Part shown: positions 45,744 to 54,419 of the stretch, piece after piece | Numbering within the stretch: position 1 is the first letter of the stretch | Layout of the letters: every line of letters begins with the position of its first letter | Source of the DNA: an uncultured Desulfobacterales bacterium | GTDB taxonomy: Bacteria > Desulfobacterota > Dissulfuribacteria > Dissulfuribacterales > JAMONC01 | Length of the DNA: 64,000 nt | NCBI GenBank assembly: GCA_964578585.1 | Contig: CAZODM010000002.1 | Coordinates: 540 to 64,539 of the forward strand | Reading direction: 5' to 3' | The notes under the pieces: model-generated | Told to the model about the DNA's origin: nothing | What the model saw: the letters and a program-made list of their open reading frames with translations, nothing else | Database searches by the model: none | Position numbers and translations under genes: made by a program

Positions 45744-47129
45744 ATGTCAAATATTAAATTAAGAGATAAAAAAATTATTATAGGAGCGATAGATACTAAA
45801 CATAGATTATTTATTAAAGATATTTTATCAGAAGAATTTGAAAACTTAACTCTAATTCCTGATATAAATCTATTGTCAGAAATAATAACTAGAAATGAAC
45901 ACCAACTTGCTATATGTGTACATGATAATAACAAATTTAATATAATTAAATTATTACAAAATATACAAACTAATAATATAAAGACACAATTTCTAGTATT
46001 AGGGAATCCTGGTACTATTGAAGAAGCTACAAATGTTATGAAACTTGGTGCTAGAGATTTTATTCCATATCCATGGCAAAAAGAGGTTATCTTAACATCA
46101 GTTAAAAATATATTAACTGATACAAAAAGACATATCGTAGATCTAAAGAATGATAATAATTCTATCAAAGTTAAATATTTAGAAAAACAATATGACATCG
46201 TAACAGTAAGTCCTGTTATGCAACAACTGTTAAAAAAGGCAAAAAGTGTAGCAAAAAGTAAAGCCAGTGTATTAATTCAAGGGGAAAGTGGTACTGGTAA
46301 GGAGTTACTTGCACGCTACATTCATAAGGAAAGTGATAGGGCTTGTGGACCATTTGTGGCAGTAAATTGTGCGGCTTTACCTGAAACACTTCTTGAAAGT
46401 GAGTTGTTTGGACATGAAAAAGGGGCATTTTCTGGAGCTATTTCTAGAAGACTAGGAAAGTTTGAACTTGCCAATCATGGGACTATTTTACTTGATGAGA
46501 TTACAGAGATGCAGCCTTCCCTTCAAGCAAAGCTGTTAAGAGTACTTCAAGAATCTGAGATAGATAGACTTGGTGGACAAACTCCAATACCAATAGATGT
46601 AAGAGTTATTGCAACAACAAATAGAGATATAAAACAGGTGGTTTCAGAGGGTAATTTTAGAGAAGATTTGTACTTTAGGTTAAATGTGATTCCACTTAGG
46701 ATACCTCCCTTAAGGGCTCGTGTTGAAGATATAGAGGTATTAGCTAAATACTTCTGTTCGTATTTTTGTAAACAATATAGTCGAAATCTTGACTTTGCTC
46801 CAGGTGTAGTTGAAACCCTAAAGACATGGGCTTGGCCAGGAAATGTACGGGAACTCCGAAACGTAATAGAAAGAGGGGTTCTTCTGGCACAGGGATCGCA
46901 TATTACACTTAAAGATTTAACCGATGATGAACAGGGCTATATACCAATGGGTACACCTGTTATAAGTGACCAAATTATGACGCTTGATGAAATGGAAAAA
47001 TTTATGATTAAAAAGGCGCTTGGACAGACAAATGGTAATAGAACCCATGCTGCCAAGCTCCTTGGAATAAGTGTTAGAACTTTAAGAAATAAATTGGCAG
47101 AGTTTAGGCGTCAAGGAATTGTCCTTTAA
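45744..47129 (+). CDS. sigma-54-dependent transcriptional activator, FleQ/FlrA-like, with a degenerate receiver domain
   Basis: AAA+ core (GESGTGKELLARYIH, ESELFGHEKGAFSGA = GAFTGA variant, TILLDEI, RVIATTN, REDLYFRLNV, WPGNVRELRN) plus a Fis-type HTH (GNRTHAAKLLGISVRTLRNKL). The N-terminal REC-like fold lacks the conserved Thr/Ser and Lys. Confidence 0.88.
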   Translation: MSNIKLRDKKIIIGAIDTKHRLFIKDILSEEFENLTLIPDINLLSEIITRNEHQLAICVHDNNKFNIIKLLQNIQTNNIKTQFLVLGNPGTIEEATNVMKLGARDFIPYPWQKEVILTSVKNILTDTKRHIVDLKNDNNSIKVKYLEKQYDIVTVSPVMQQLLKKAKSVAKSKASVLIQGESGTGKELLARYIHKESDRACGPFVAVNCAALPETLLESELFGHEKGAFSGAISRRLGKFELANHGTILLDEITEMQPSLQAKLLRVLQESEIDRLGGQTPIPIDVRVIATTNRDIKQVVSEGNFREDLYFRLNVIPLRIPPLRARVEDIEVLAKYFCSYFCKQYSRNLDFAPGVVETLKTWAWPGNVRELRNVIERGVLLAQGSHITLKDLTDDEQGYIPMGTPVISDQIMTLDEMEKFMIKKALGQTNGNRTHAAKLLGISVRTLRNKLAEFRRQGIVL

Positions 47130-47144
47130 TAAGGGGGGAAAAAC

Positions 47145-47630
47145 ATGCAGCTTTTTGGGAAAACATTTCAGATCATAGAAAAGGCCTTAAATCTAAGGAG
47201 TAAGAAGGCTGCGGTCATAACCTCCAATTTAGTAAATATTGATACTCCAGGATACAAAGCAAAAGACCTCCCATTTAAAAAGATTATGGAACAATATCTA
47301 GGTACTTCATCTAGTGGATTAAAAATGGAAAAGACAGAACCCGGACATATAGATGCAACAGGTAAACTTTATTCCTGTAACCCAAAAAGAGCCGCTTTAG
47401 ATACTGCAGCACAGCTTATGACAACCAATCCAATGCATTATCAATTTGGTATAGAAGATAACAATTCCAGACTAATAGAGGTGTCTAAAGAAAGAGGCAC
47501 TCCTAACAATACCGATTTAGATTTAGAGATGGCAAAACTTGCAAAAAACAACCTAGAATATCAAGCAACAGTACAAGCATTAATAAAAGAATTTGAAATG
47601 CTAAAAAATGCTATTGAAGGAGGTAAATAA
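47145..47630 (+). CDS. flgB: Flagellar basal-body rod protein FlgB
   Basis: The N-terminal rod motif (LNLRSKKAAVITSNLVNIDTPGYKAKDL) and the C-terminal LEYQATVQAL; located directly before flgC. Confidence 0.9.
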   Translation: MQLFGKTFQIIEKALNLRSKKAAVITSNLVNIDTPGYKAKDLPFKKIMEQYLGTSSSGLKMEKTEPGHIDATGKLYSCNPKRAALDTAAQLMTTNPMHYQFGIEDNNSRLIEVSKERGTPNNTDLDLEMAKLAKNNLEYQATVQALIKEFEMLKNAIEGGK

Positions 47631-48098
47631 ATGAACCTTCTAACTGCTATAGATATAAGTGCAACAGGGATAGCTGCACAGCGTACAAGGATAAACATTG
47701 CTTCTATGAATCTTGCTAATGCAGATGTTACAAAGACCATTGATGGGGGTCCATATAGGGCTAAAAGCGTAGTTTTTGAAGCAGTACCCCTTAGCACAGT
47801 TGATCCTGATGTATCTGAGAGTATTGGTTCTTTTCAGGATCAATTAGATGAACAAACACAAAGACTTTCTGTAGTAAAAGTTGCAAAAATTGTAAATGAT
47901 CCTGGTCCACCATTTAAAGAGGTATATGATCCTGACAATCCAGAGGCAGATTCTAGAGGTATGGTTAAATTGCCAAATGTCAATGTGATAGAACAGATGG
48001 TTGATATCATGGAGGCTGCTAGAGCATACGAAGCCAATATAACAGCAATGAATACTGCAAAATCAATGGCTCTAAAGTCATTAGATATTGCTAGGTAG
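47631..48098 (+). CDS. flgC: Flagellar basal-body rod protein FlgC
   Basis: ISATGIAAQRTRINIASMNLANADVTKT...GPYRAK and the C-terminal VNVIEQMVDIMEAARAYEANITAMNTAKSMALKSLDI. Confidence 0.95.
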   Translation: MNLLTAIDISATGIAAQRTRINIASMNLANADVTKTIDGGPYRAKSVVFEAVPLSTVDPDVSESIGSFQDQLDEQTQRLSVVKVAKIVNDPGPPFKEVYDPDNPEADSRGMVKLPNVNVIEQMVDIMEAARAYEANITAMNTAKSMALKSLDIAR

Positions 48099-48107
48099 GA
48101 GTAAAAT

Positions 48108-48428
48108 ATGAGTAGTATAAATTTAACAAATAACACAAACAATATAACTAATATATCAAATAATCAAATTAATAGAGAGAATAATTCAAATAAGATTACA
48201 AAAACAAATGATACATTTATGAAAATACTAGAAAGTGGTATTAAAGAAGTTAATAATCAAGAACTAAAAGCTAATAAATTAGTTCAACAGTTGGCTGCAG
48301 GCCAAAATGATAATATAGCAGGTACTATGATTGCACTTGAAAAGGCTGATATATCAATGAGATTGTTAATACAGGTACGCAATAAAGTAATAAATGCCTA
48401 TCAAGAGATCATGAGGATACAACTTTAA
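48108..48428 (+). CDS. fliE: Flagellar hook-basal body protein FliE
   Basis: 106 aa with an Asn-rich N-terminus and the FliE C-terminus (ALEKADISMRLLIQVRNKVINAYQEIMRIQL). Confidence 0.9.
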   Translation: MSSINLTNNTNNITNISNNQINRENNSNKITKTNDTFMKILESGIKEVNNQELKANKLVQQLAAGQNDNIAGTMIALEKADISMRLLIQVRNKVINAYQEIMRIQL

Positions 48429-48444
48429 ATATTAGGAGACCAAA

Positions 48445-50076
48445 ATGGCGCAAACTAAAGATGCGCTGAACCAAATTAAAGATTTATATAATAATCTTAC
48501 TAAAGAACAACGTATTATTACTGCTATAGTTATAGCAGTAAGTTTAATAGGCTTTGGTTTACTGTTTTATATTACTAATAGACCTACTTATAAGGTGTTA
48601 TATACTGATCTTTCTGATCAAGCAGCAGGTGATGTAGTAAATTGGCTTAAAAAACATGATATTCCATATAAACTAGAGCAGGGTGGCTCTACTATAGAAG
48701 TACCCTCTGATAAGGTCTATTCTGTAAGGCTTGAGTTAGCAAGTGCGGGACTTCCAAAGAATGGAACAGTAGGTTTTGAGATATTTGATCATCAAGGACT
48801 TGGTACTACAGATTTTGTTGAACACGTAAATTATCAAAGGGCCCTTCAAGGTGAACTTGAACGAACTATAGAGGAGTATCCTGAAGTAGAAGATGCCAGA
48901 GTTCATATTGCAATGCCTAAACAGTCACTTTTTATAACACATAGTCCTCAACCAAAGGCATCTGTTGTTTTAAAGTTAAAACCGGGTTACCACTTAGATG
49001 TTAATCAATTAAAAGGAATAGTCTATTTGGTAGCTAGTGCTGTACCAAAACTTAGCACTAAAAATGTAACGGTTGTAGATACTACTGGGGATATCCTGTA
49101 TCAACAGGGTCTAGTATCTAATAATTCATTATCTAAGCTTACTCAAGCTCAAATTGAATATCAACGTCAAATAGAAAATTACTATAAACAAAAGATACAA
49201 AGTATGTTAGATGAAGCGTTAGGTCCAGGAGAAGCAATAGCTAGAGTATCTGCTGATATAGATTTTGACAAAATAGATATTAGTGAAGATAGATATGACC
49301 CAGATAATGTAGCTATAAGAAGTCAACAAAAGATACTTGAAACTATAAAAAATCCAACAACAGGTGGAATACCTGGTGTTAAAGGGGGACTTGCAAATAA
49401 ACTACAAGGTAATGTTAATCAAGCATCAAATAGTACCATAAAACAAAAGGAAGAAACTACAACTAACTATGAGATTACTGAGATTAAAAAACAGATAAAT
49501 GGTTCAATAGGAAAAATTAAACGTTTAAGCGTAGCAGTATTAGTAGATGGTACATACAAAATAAAAAATGGTAAGAAAGTATATGTGCCCAGAAGTGCTG
49601 AGGAGATGGCCGCATTAAAAAACATTGTAAAGGCAGCAATGGGTTATTCAGAAGATAGAGGAGATGAATTAAGCGTAGTAAATGTACCATTTAATATTAC
49701 TACAACTAAACCTAGTAAAATGGCAAGAGCTATAGCTATAGGATCAAAACTTATAAGACCATTAACCAATTTAGTATTAGCTTTGCTCTTTATATTCCTT
49801 ATATTAAGGCCGCTTCTTAAACGCTATGTATTTAAACCAGAAGAATCTGAGACAGCTTTACCAGGGGCAGAAGGAGCAGAAGCAGGGGTAGAGGCAATAG
49901 AAGGTGCAATTGGAGAGGAAGAGGCTCTTCCTCATGCTCCTGCATTTGAACCTCTTCCAAATGTACATGAAGAACTAAGAAATGTAGCAAATGATTATCC
50001 TGAGAGGGCTGCTGCCCTTATAAAGATTTGGCTTAGGGAGAAGATCGACGATGGCTCAGAATCCACAAATTCCTAG
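48445..50076 (+). CDS. fliF: Flagellar MS-ring protein FliF
   Basis: 543 aa with an N-terminal TM helix and YscJ/FliF blocks (YKVLYTDLSDQAAGDVVNWLKKHDIPYKLEQGGSTIEVP; YQRALQGELERTI), a second TM helix and an acidic C-tail. Confidence 0.95.
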   Translation: MAQTKDALNQIKDLYNNLTKEQRIITAIVIAVSLIGFGLLFYITNRPTYKVLYTDLSDQAAGDVVNWLKKHDIPYKLEQGGSTIEVPSDKVYSVRLELASAGLPKNGTVGFEIFDHQGLGTTDFVEHVNYQRALQGELERTIEEYPEVEDARVHIAMPKQSLFITHSPQPKASVVLKLKPGYHLDVNQLKGIVYLVASAVPKLSTKNVTVVDTTGDILYQQGLVSNNSLSKLTQAQIEYQRQIENYYKQKIQSMLDEALGPGEAIARVSADIDFDKIDISEDRYDPDNVAIRSQQKILETIKNPTTGGIPGVKGGLANKLQGNVNQASNSTIKQKEETTTNYEITEIKKQINGSIGKIKRLSVAVLVDGTYKIKNGKKVYVPRSAEEMAALKNIVKAAMGYSEDRGDELSVVNVPFNITTTKPSKMARAIAIGSKLIRPLTNLVLALLFIFLILRPLLKRYVFKPEESETALPGAEGAEAGVEAIEGAIGEEEALPHAPAFEPLPNVHEELRNVANDYPERAAALIKIWLREKIDDGSESTNS

Positions 50077-51091
50077 CGAAGTAGATTTAAGGGATCCCAA
50101 GGGGCCCTATAAGGCAGCAATATTTCTCTTAGCTATGGGGGAGGCATTTACTGCTGAGGTCTTTAAGTATCTTAAAGAAGAAGAGGTAAGGCAAGTATCT
50201 GCTCTTATGGCCCAGATTCAAAACATCCCAGGTGAGGCTGTAGAGAAAGTCCTTAAGGAAGTAAGAGAAAAGATGAGCATTGTTCAAGGTGAGATGGCTG
50301 TACCTGTGGAAGATTTTTTAAAAAAGGTATTGTTTTCTTCTATGCCAGAGGAGCAGGCCAAAAAGATTTATGAAGAAATAATGAGCCAACTTCATCCTTC
50401 TACATTTCAAAAGCTGTCTAATCTTGAACCTAAAGTTATAGTTAATTTTTTAAGAAATGAACATCCTCAAACCATAGCTGTTATTTTAGCACATCTTGCT
50501 CCAGAGCTTGCAGCACAAATACTTTCAGAGCTGCCAGATAGATTACAGGCAGAAGTAATGCTTAGGATTGCTCATCTTGAAAAGATAAGACCAGAAATTG
50601 TAGCAGAAATAGATAAGGTACTAGAAGAAGAATTGTTCTCTGTTGAAATGAGTGATGCAAAGAAAGTGGGTGGAGCAGAAAAGGTTGCAGAGATATTAAA
50701 TAATGTAGACAGAAATCTTGAAGAGACATTGCTTGAACAAATTGAACAAAGTGCCGCAGATCTTGCAGAAGAGATTAGAAAGTTGATGTTTAAGTTTGAA
50801 GATCTCTTGCAGGTTGATGATTCTGCAATCGTTGCGCTTCTTAAAGAAATTAGTACTGAAGAGCTTAAACTTGCTCTTAAAGCCGCTCCACCAGAATTAC
50901 AAGAAAAATTCTTTAAGAATATGTCTGAAAGAGCTGCCCAGATGCTCAAAGAAGACCTTGAGGTCATGGGACCTGTAAGACTAAAAGATGTTGAACAAGC
51001 TCAGCAGGCAATTATAAAAGTTGCTAAACGCTTAGAGAGTGAAGGTAAAATAGTACTTGGTGGAAAAGGAGGAGACGACGTCTTTGTCTAG
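50051..51091 (+). CDS. fliG: Flagellar motor switch protein FliG
   Basis: 346 aa: KAAIFLLAMGEAFTAEVFKYL, HPQTIAVILAHL, and the C-terminal torque helix region (MSERAAQMLKEDLEVMGPVRLKDVEQAQQAIIKVAKRLESEGKI). Confidence 0.95.
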   Translation: MAQNPQIPSEVDLRDPKGPYKAAIFLLAMGEAFTAEVFKYLKEEEVRQVSALMAQIQNIPGEAVEKVLKEVREKMSIVQGEMAVPVEDFLKKVLFSSMPEEQAKKIYEEIMSQLHPSTFQKLSNLEPKVIVNFLRNEHPQTIAVILAHLAPELAAQILSELPDRLQAEVMLRIAHLEKIRPEIVAEIDKVLEEELFSVEMSDAKKVGGAEKVAEILNNVDRNLEETLLEQIEQSAADLAEEIRKLMFKFEDLLQVDDSAIVALLKEISTEELKLALKAAPPELQEKFFKNMSERAAQMLKEDLEVMGPVRLKDVEQAQQAIIKVAKRLESEGKIVLGGKGGDDVFV

Positions 51092-52001
51092 TATTATCAA
51101 GTCTTCAGAAAAAAAAGAGGTTTCTATTTATAGTCTTAGCATTAAGGATGATGCTCAAAATAGAAAAGAAAAACTAGATACTATTTCATCTACAAAGGAC
51201 AAAGATGCTAAGTTTTCAGCACTATTAGATCTTGTGCCAGAAGATTTCATAAAAAAAATAAAAGAACAAAATAGCAAAAAAACATCTAAAGATACTAAGG
51301 ATAAGGAGAATGCTTCATCTTTACTTGCTGTTTCACTATTAGAAAAGGCCAAGAAAGAAGCTGACAAGATAGTAGCTTGTGCCAGAAAAGAAGCTGAATC
51401 TTTAAAGAAAGAGGCTGAAAAACTTATTGCTGAGAGCAAAAAAAAGGCTCAAGAGCTAGAAAGTGAGGCCTATGAGAAGGGTTTTTCTCAAGGGAAAAAG
51501 GATGGAGAAGAGTTTGGACGAAAACAATTTGAGGCAATGACAAATAGACTTAAGAGGTTGATCTTAAACTTACAAGAACAGGGGAATAAGATATCTAAAA
51601 AATATGAGTCTCAAATTATAAATTTATGTATGTTGGTTGCTTCAAGGGTAATTAAGCATGAGATTGAAACTAATCCTGATGTTATATTAGCCGTGGTTAA
51701 AGATGCATTATCTCATGTAGTTGAAGGAACAACCCTGACTTTACATTTAAACCCAATAGATGCCGAATTAATTGAAGAAAGATTTAAAGATGAATTGACT
51801 GCTCCGGGTAAACACAGGATCAAGATAAACTCAGATCCCAAGATAGAACGAGGTGGTTGCTTACTTGAAACAGAGTTTGGATTAATCGATGCAACAACAA
51901 AAACACGATTAAATACTATCATAAGCTCTATTGATAATATCTTAAAGCAAAATACAGGATATAAATTAGAGATAGACACTATTGAAGATGGAAAATCTTA
52001 A
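51057..52001 (+). CDS. fliH: Flagellar export ATPase regulator FliH
   Basis: Lys/Glu-rich coiled coil followed by the FliH C-domain (EAYEKGFSQGKKDGEE...; LTLHLNPIDAELIE...GGCLLETEFGLIDATTKTRL). The start is uncertain: TTG 51057 or TTG 51084, the latter 11 nt after AGGAGG. Confidence 0.85.
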   Translation: MVEKEETTSLSSIIKSSEKKEVSIYSLSIKDDAQNRKEKLDTISSTKDKDAKFSALLDLVPEDFIKKIKEQNSKKTSKDTKDKENASSLLAVSLLEKAKKEADKIVACARKEAESLKKEAEKLIAESKKKAQELESEAYEKGFSQGKKDGEEFGRKQFEAMTNRLKRLILNLQEQGNKISKKYESQIINLCMLVASRVIKHEIETNPDVILAVVKDALSHVVEGTTLTLHLNPIDAELIEERFKDELTAPGKHRIKINSDPKIERGGCLLETEFGLIDATTKTRLNTIISSIDNILKQNTGYKLEIDTIEDGKS

Positions 52002-53328
52002 TATTGATATAAAATTAACAGAGATAGATTTTGATCTTTATAAGAATGCTATTGAACATGTACAGGATATACGTTCATGTGGAATAGTAAAGCAGGTTAT
52101 AGGGATGGTGCTTGAAGGTAAAGGTCCTGCAGTTGCTGTAGGAGGGATGTGTAAGGTCGAACTAAAATCTGGTAAACCCTCTATTGATGCCGAAGTAGTT
52201 GGTTTTAAAGATAATCATATATTGCTTATGCCCCTTGGTGAGATGAGGGGGATTGAGCCAGGAGCAAAGATATGGGTTAGTGAAGAAAGCGCACGTGTTG
52301 CAGTAGGTCCCAATCTTTTAGGACGTATCTTAGATGGATTAGGAAATCCAATAGATAATAAGCCCCCGATATCTGCTCAAACATTTTATCCTCTATATGC
52401 TGAGCCTCTCAATCCTATGAAAAGGCCGCGTATAGATACACCTATTGATGTTGGGATACGAGCTATAAATGCATGTATTACACTTGGTAAAGGGCAAAGA
52501 ATTGGCATTATGGCAGGTTCTGGAGTTGGTAAGAGTACCCTTCTTGGTATGATTGCAAGGCATACTGCTGCAGATGTATCTGTTATCGCACTAATTGGAG
52601 AACGAGGTAGAGAGCTTAGAGATTTTATAGAAAGAGATCTAGGACCAGAAGGACTAAGAAGATCTGTTGTGGTAGTGGCTACTTCTGATCAACCTCCTCT
52701 TGTAAGACTAAGAGGGGCATATCTTGCAACCGCTATTGCAGAATATTTTAGGGATCAGGGAAAGGACGTCATATTGATGATGGATTCTGTTACTAGATTT
52801 GCAATGGCATATAGAGAGGTAGGGCTTTCTATAGGAGAGCCTCCAACCTCTAGAGGGTATACTCCTTCTGTATTTGCACAACTTCCAAGGCTTCTTGAAC
52901 GAGCAGGACGTAATGAAAGGGGCAGTATTACAGGTATTTATACTGTTTTAGTCGAAGGCGATGATATGAATGAGCCCATTGCAGATGCTATTAGATCTAT
53001 AGTAGATGGACATATTGTTTTAAGGCGGGAATTAGCACATGAAGGACACTATCCTGCAATAGATATTCTTTCTAGTGTAAGCAGGGTAATAAGAGATATA
53101 GCAAAACCAGGACAGCTCCAGGCATATCAAAAGCTTGTTAAGGTTTTATCTACTTATAAAAGGGCAGAAGACCTAATAAATATTGGAGCATATACAAAAG
53201 GAAGTAATCCCGATATAGACTATGCAATAGAAAAAATAGATAAGGTAAAGGAGTTTTTAAGACAAGATGTAGATGAAGCCTCTCCGCTTGATGTAAGTAT
53301 AAGCAGGTTGATTGAACTATTCCAATAG
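51982..53328 (+). CDS. fliI: Flagellum-specific ATP synthase FliI
   Basis: Walker A GSGVGKSTLLGMI, Walker B ILMMDSVTRFA, plus F1-type blocks. Confidence 0.96.
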   Translation: MKMENLNIDIKLTEIDFDLYKNAIEHVQDIRSCGIVKQVIGMVLEGKGPAVAVGGMCKVELKSGKPSIDAEVVGFKDNHILLMPLGEMRGIEPGAKIWVSEESARVAVGPNLLGRILDGLGNPIDNKPPISAQTFYPLYAEPLNPMKRPRIDTPIDVGIRAINACITLGKGQRIGIMAGSGVGKSTLLGMIARHTAADVSVIALIGERGRELRDFIERDLGPEGLRRSVVVVATSDQPPLVRLRGAYLATAIAEYFRDQGKDVILMMDSVTRFAMAYREVGLSIGEPPTSRGYTPSVFAQLPRLLERAGRNERGSITGIYTVLVEGDDMNEPIADAIRSIVDGHIVLRRELAHEGHYPAIDILSSVSRVIRDIAKPGQLQAYQKLVKVLSTYKRAEDLINIGAYTKGSNPDIDYAIEKIDKVKEFLRQDVDEASPLDVSISRLIELFQ

Positions 53329-53344
53329 TAAGTGAGGTTAAATC

Positions 53345-53800
53345 GTGGCCTTTAACTTTAGACTTGAGGCCTTATTAAGGCTTAGAAAGAGTCTTAAGGA
53401 ACAAGCAGAACAAGAACTTGCAAGATGGATAAGGCGTAGAGAAAATGTTATAAATATAATAAGACAACTAAAATCTGATATAGAAACAGAGAGACATAAA
53501 TTAAATGTTAACATATCTAATGGAATTAAAGCTAGTGAATATCAACAGCAGGTTGAATATATAGATTTATTATTTAGGAAATTAACTTATAGAACAGAGC
53601 AACTTAAATCAATAGAAGATAATCTTATAAAAGCAAGGCAATTATTAAAAGAAAGGCATATGGAGCTTCAAGTAGTAGAAAAATTAAAAGAAAAGGCTTA
53701 TGACAAATATTTATTTGAAGAGTTTCAAAAAGAACAAAAAGAGGCGGACGAACTAGCAACTATAAAATATATCTCTAAACAGCAAGCTGATATATCATGA
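53345..53800 (+). CDS. fliJ: Flagellar export chaperone/stalk protein FliJ
   Basis: 151-aa all-coiled-coil protein beginning FNFRLEALLRLRKSLKEQAEQELA, immediately after fliI. Confidence 0.85.
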   Translation: MAFNFRLEALLRLRKSLKEQAEQELARWIRRRENVINIIRQLKSDIETERHKLNVNISNGIKASEYQQQVEYIDLLFRKLTYRTEQLKSIEDNLIKARQLLKERHMELQVVEKLKEKAYDKYLFEEFQKEQKEADELATIKYISKQQADIS

Positions 53801-54408
53801 AACTAAAAAAGATATCTATTTATAACATAAAATTTTTGCTTTTTTTATTGGCTTTTATATTGGGGATGAAGTTTTTGATAAGCTTACTAGTATTAATTCC
53901 TGACTTTCATGGATACTGCGTTCAGGCTTTAGCACAATCTAGTTCCAAAAGTTTAGGTGTTAACAAACAGTCATTTAATAGTAATTCTACAGATAATTCT
54001 TTAAACGTTGCACCTCAAGTTCTTGAAATACTTGAAGCCACACTTAGGAATAATAAAGATGAACAGATGGAGTTAGAGAAGAAAAAGGAACAGCTATTAG
54101 CGGTGAAAGACGATATTGAGGCAAGGATTAAAGAACTTAAACGTCTACAGTCTATACTTGCATCTCCATCTAAAAAGGCTCAAAAGGAAAATATGGCAAG
54201 ATTTGAACACCTTGTGTCTGTATATAGTGCAATGGATCCGCAAAAGGCTGCATTACTTTTGGATAAACTAGATGATAACACAGTAGCTCAGATATTTGCT
54301 ATTATGAAAAGTAGAAAAGTAGCAAGAATTTTAGCCTTAATGAAGCCAGATAAAGCAGCAAGAATAAGTGCTATCTTGTCTCAAAAAAAGATAAGTATGG
54401 CAAAATAA
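53797..54408 (+). CDS. MgtE-N-domain flagellar protein (YlxF/MotE/FlbB-like)
   Basis: 203 aa: N-terminal TM helix, coiled coil, and C-terminal MDPQKAALLLDKLDDNTVAQIFAIMKSRKVARILALMKPDKAARI. It occupies the post-fliJ position, as Bacillus ylxF does. Confidence 0.75.
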   Translation: MKLKKISIYNIKFLLFLLAFILGMKFLISLLVLIPDFHGYCVQALAQSSSKSLGVNKQSFNSNSTDNSLNVAPQVLEILEATLRNNKDEQMELEKKKEQLLAVKDDIEARIKELKRLQSILASPSKKAQKENMARFEHLVSVYSAMDPQKAALLLDKLDDNTVAQIFAIMKSRKVARILALMKPDKAARISAILSQKKISMAK

Positions 54409-54419
54409 TATTTTTAATC

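Noticed and set aside
45725-46198. A 157-aa minus-strand ORF overlapping the start of the sigma-54 activator gene.
   Set aside because: It lies in the roughly 13-25% GC trough, where stop codons are depleted on one antisense frame. It has no SD, its composition is not protein-like, and the plus-strand gene is strongly supported.
2390-51979. Numerous 60-134-aa antisense or out-of-frame ORFs nested in strongly supported genes. Examples: 2390-2617, 4281-4685, 5938-6138, 6211-6432, 6864-7244, 8290-8490, 10148-10438, 12511-12816, 17987-18331, 20376-21839 (a set), 27937-28239, 39193-39969, 41187-41845, 42291-43042, 47561-48142, 50572-50978, 51155-51979.
   Set aside because: Each overlaps a gene with clear family motifs on the other strand or in another frame. 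They lack RBS context and have skewed, non-protein-like composition.
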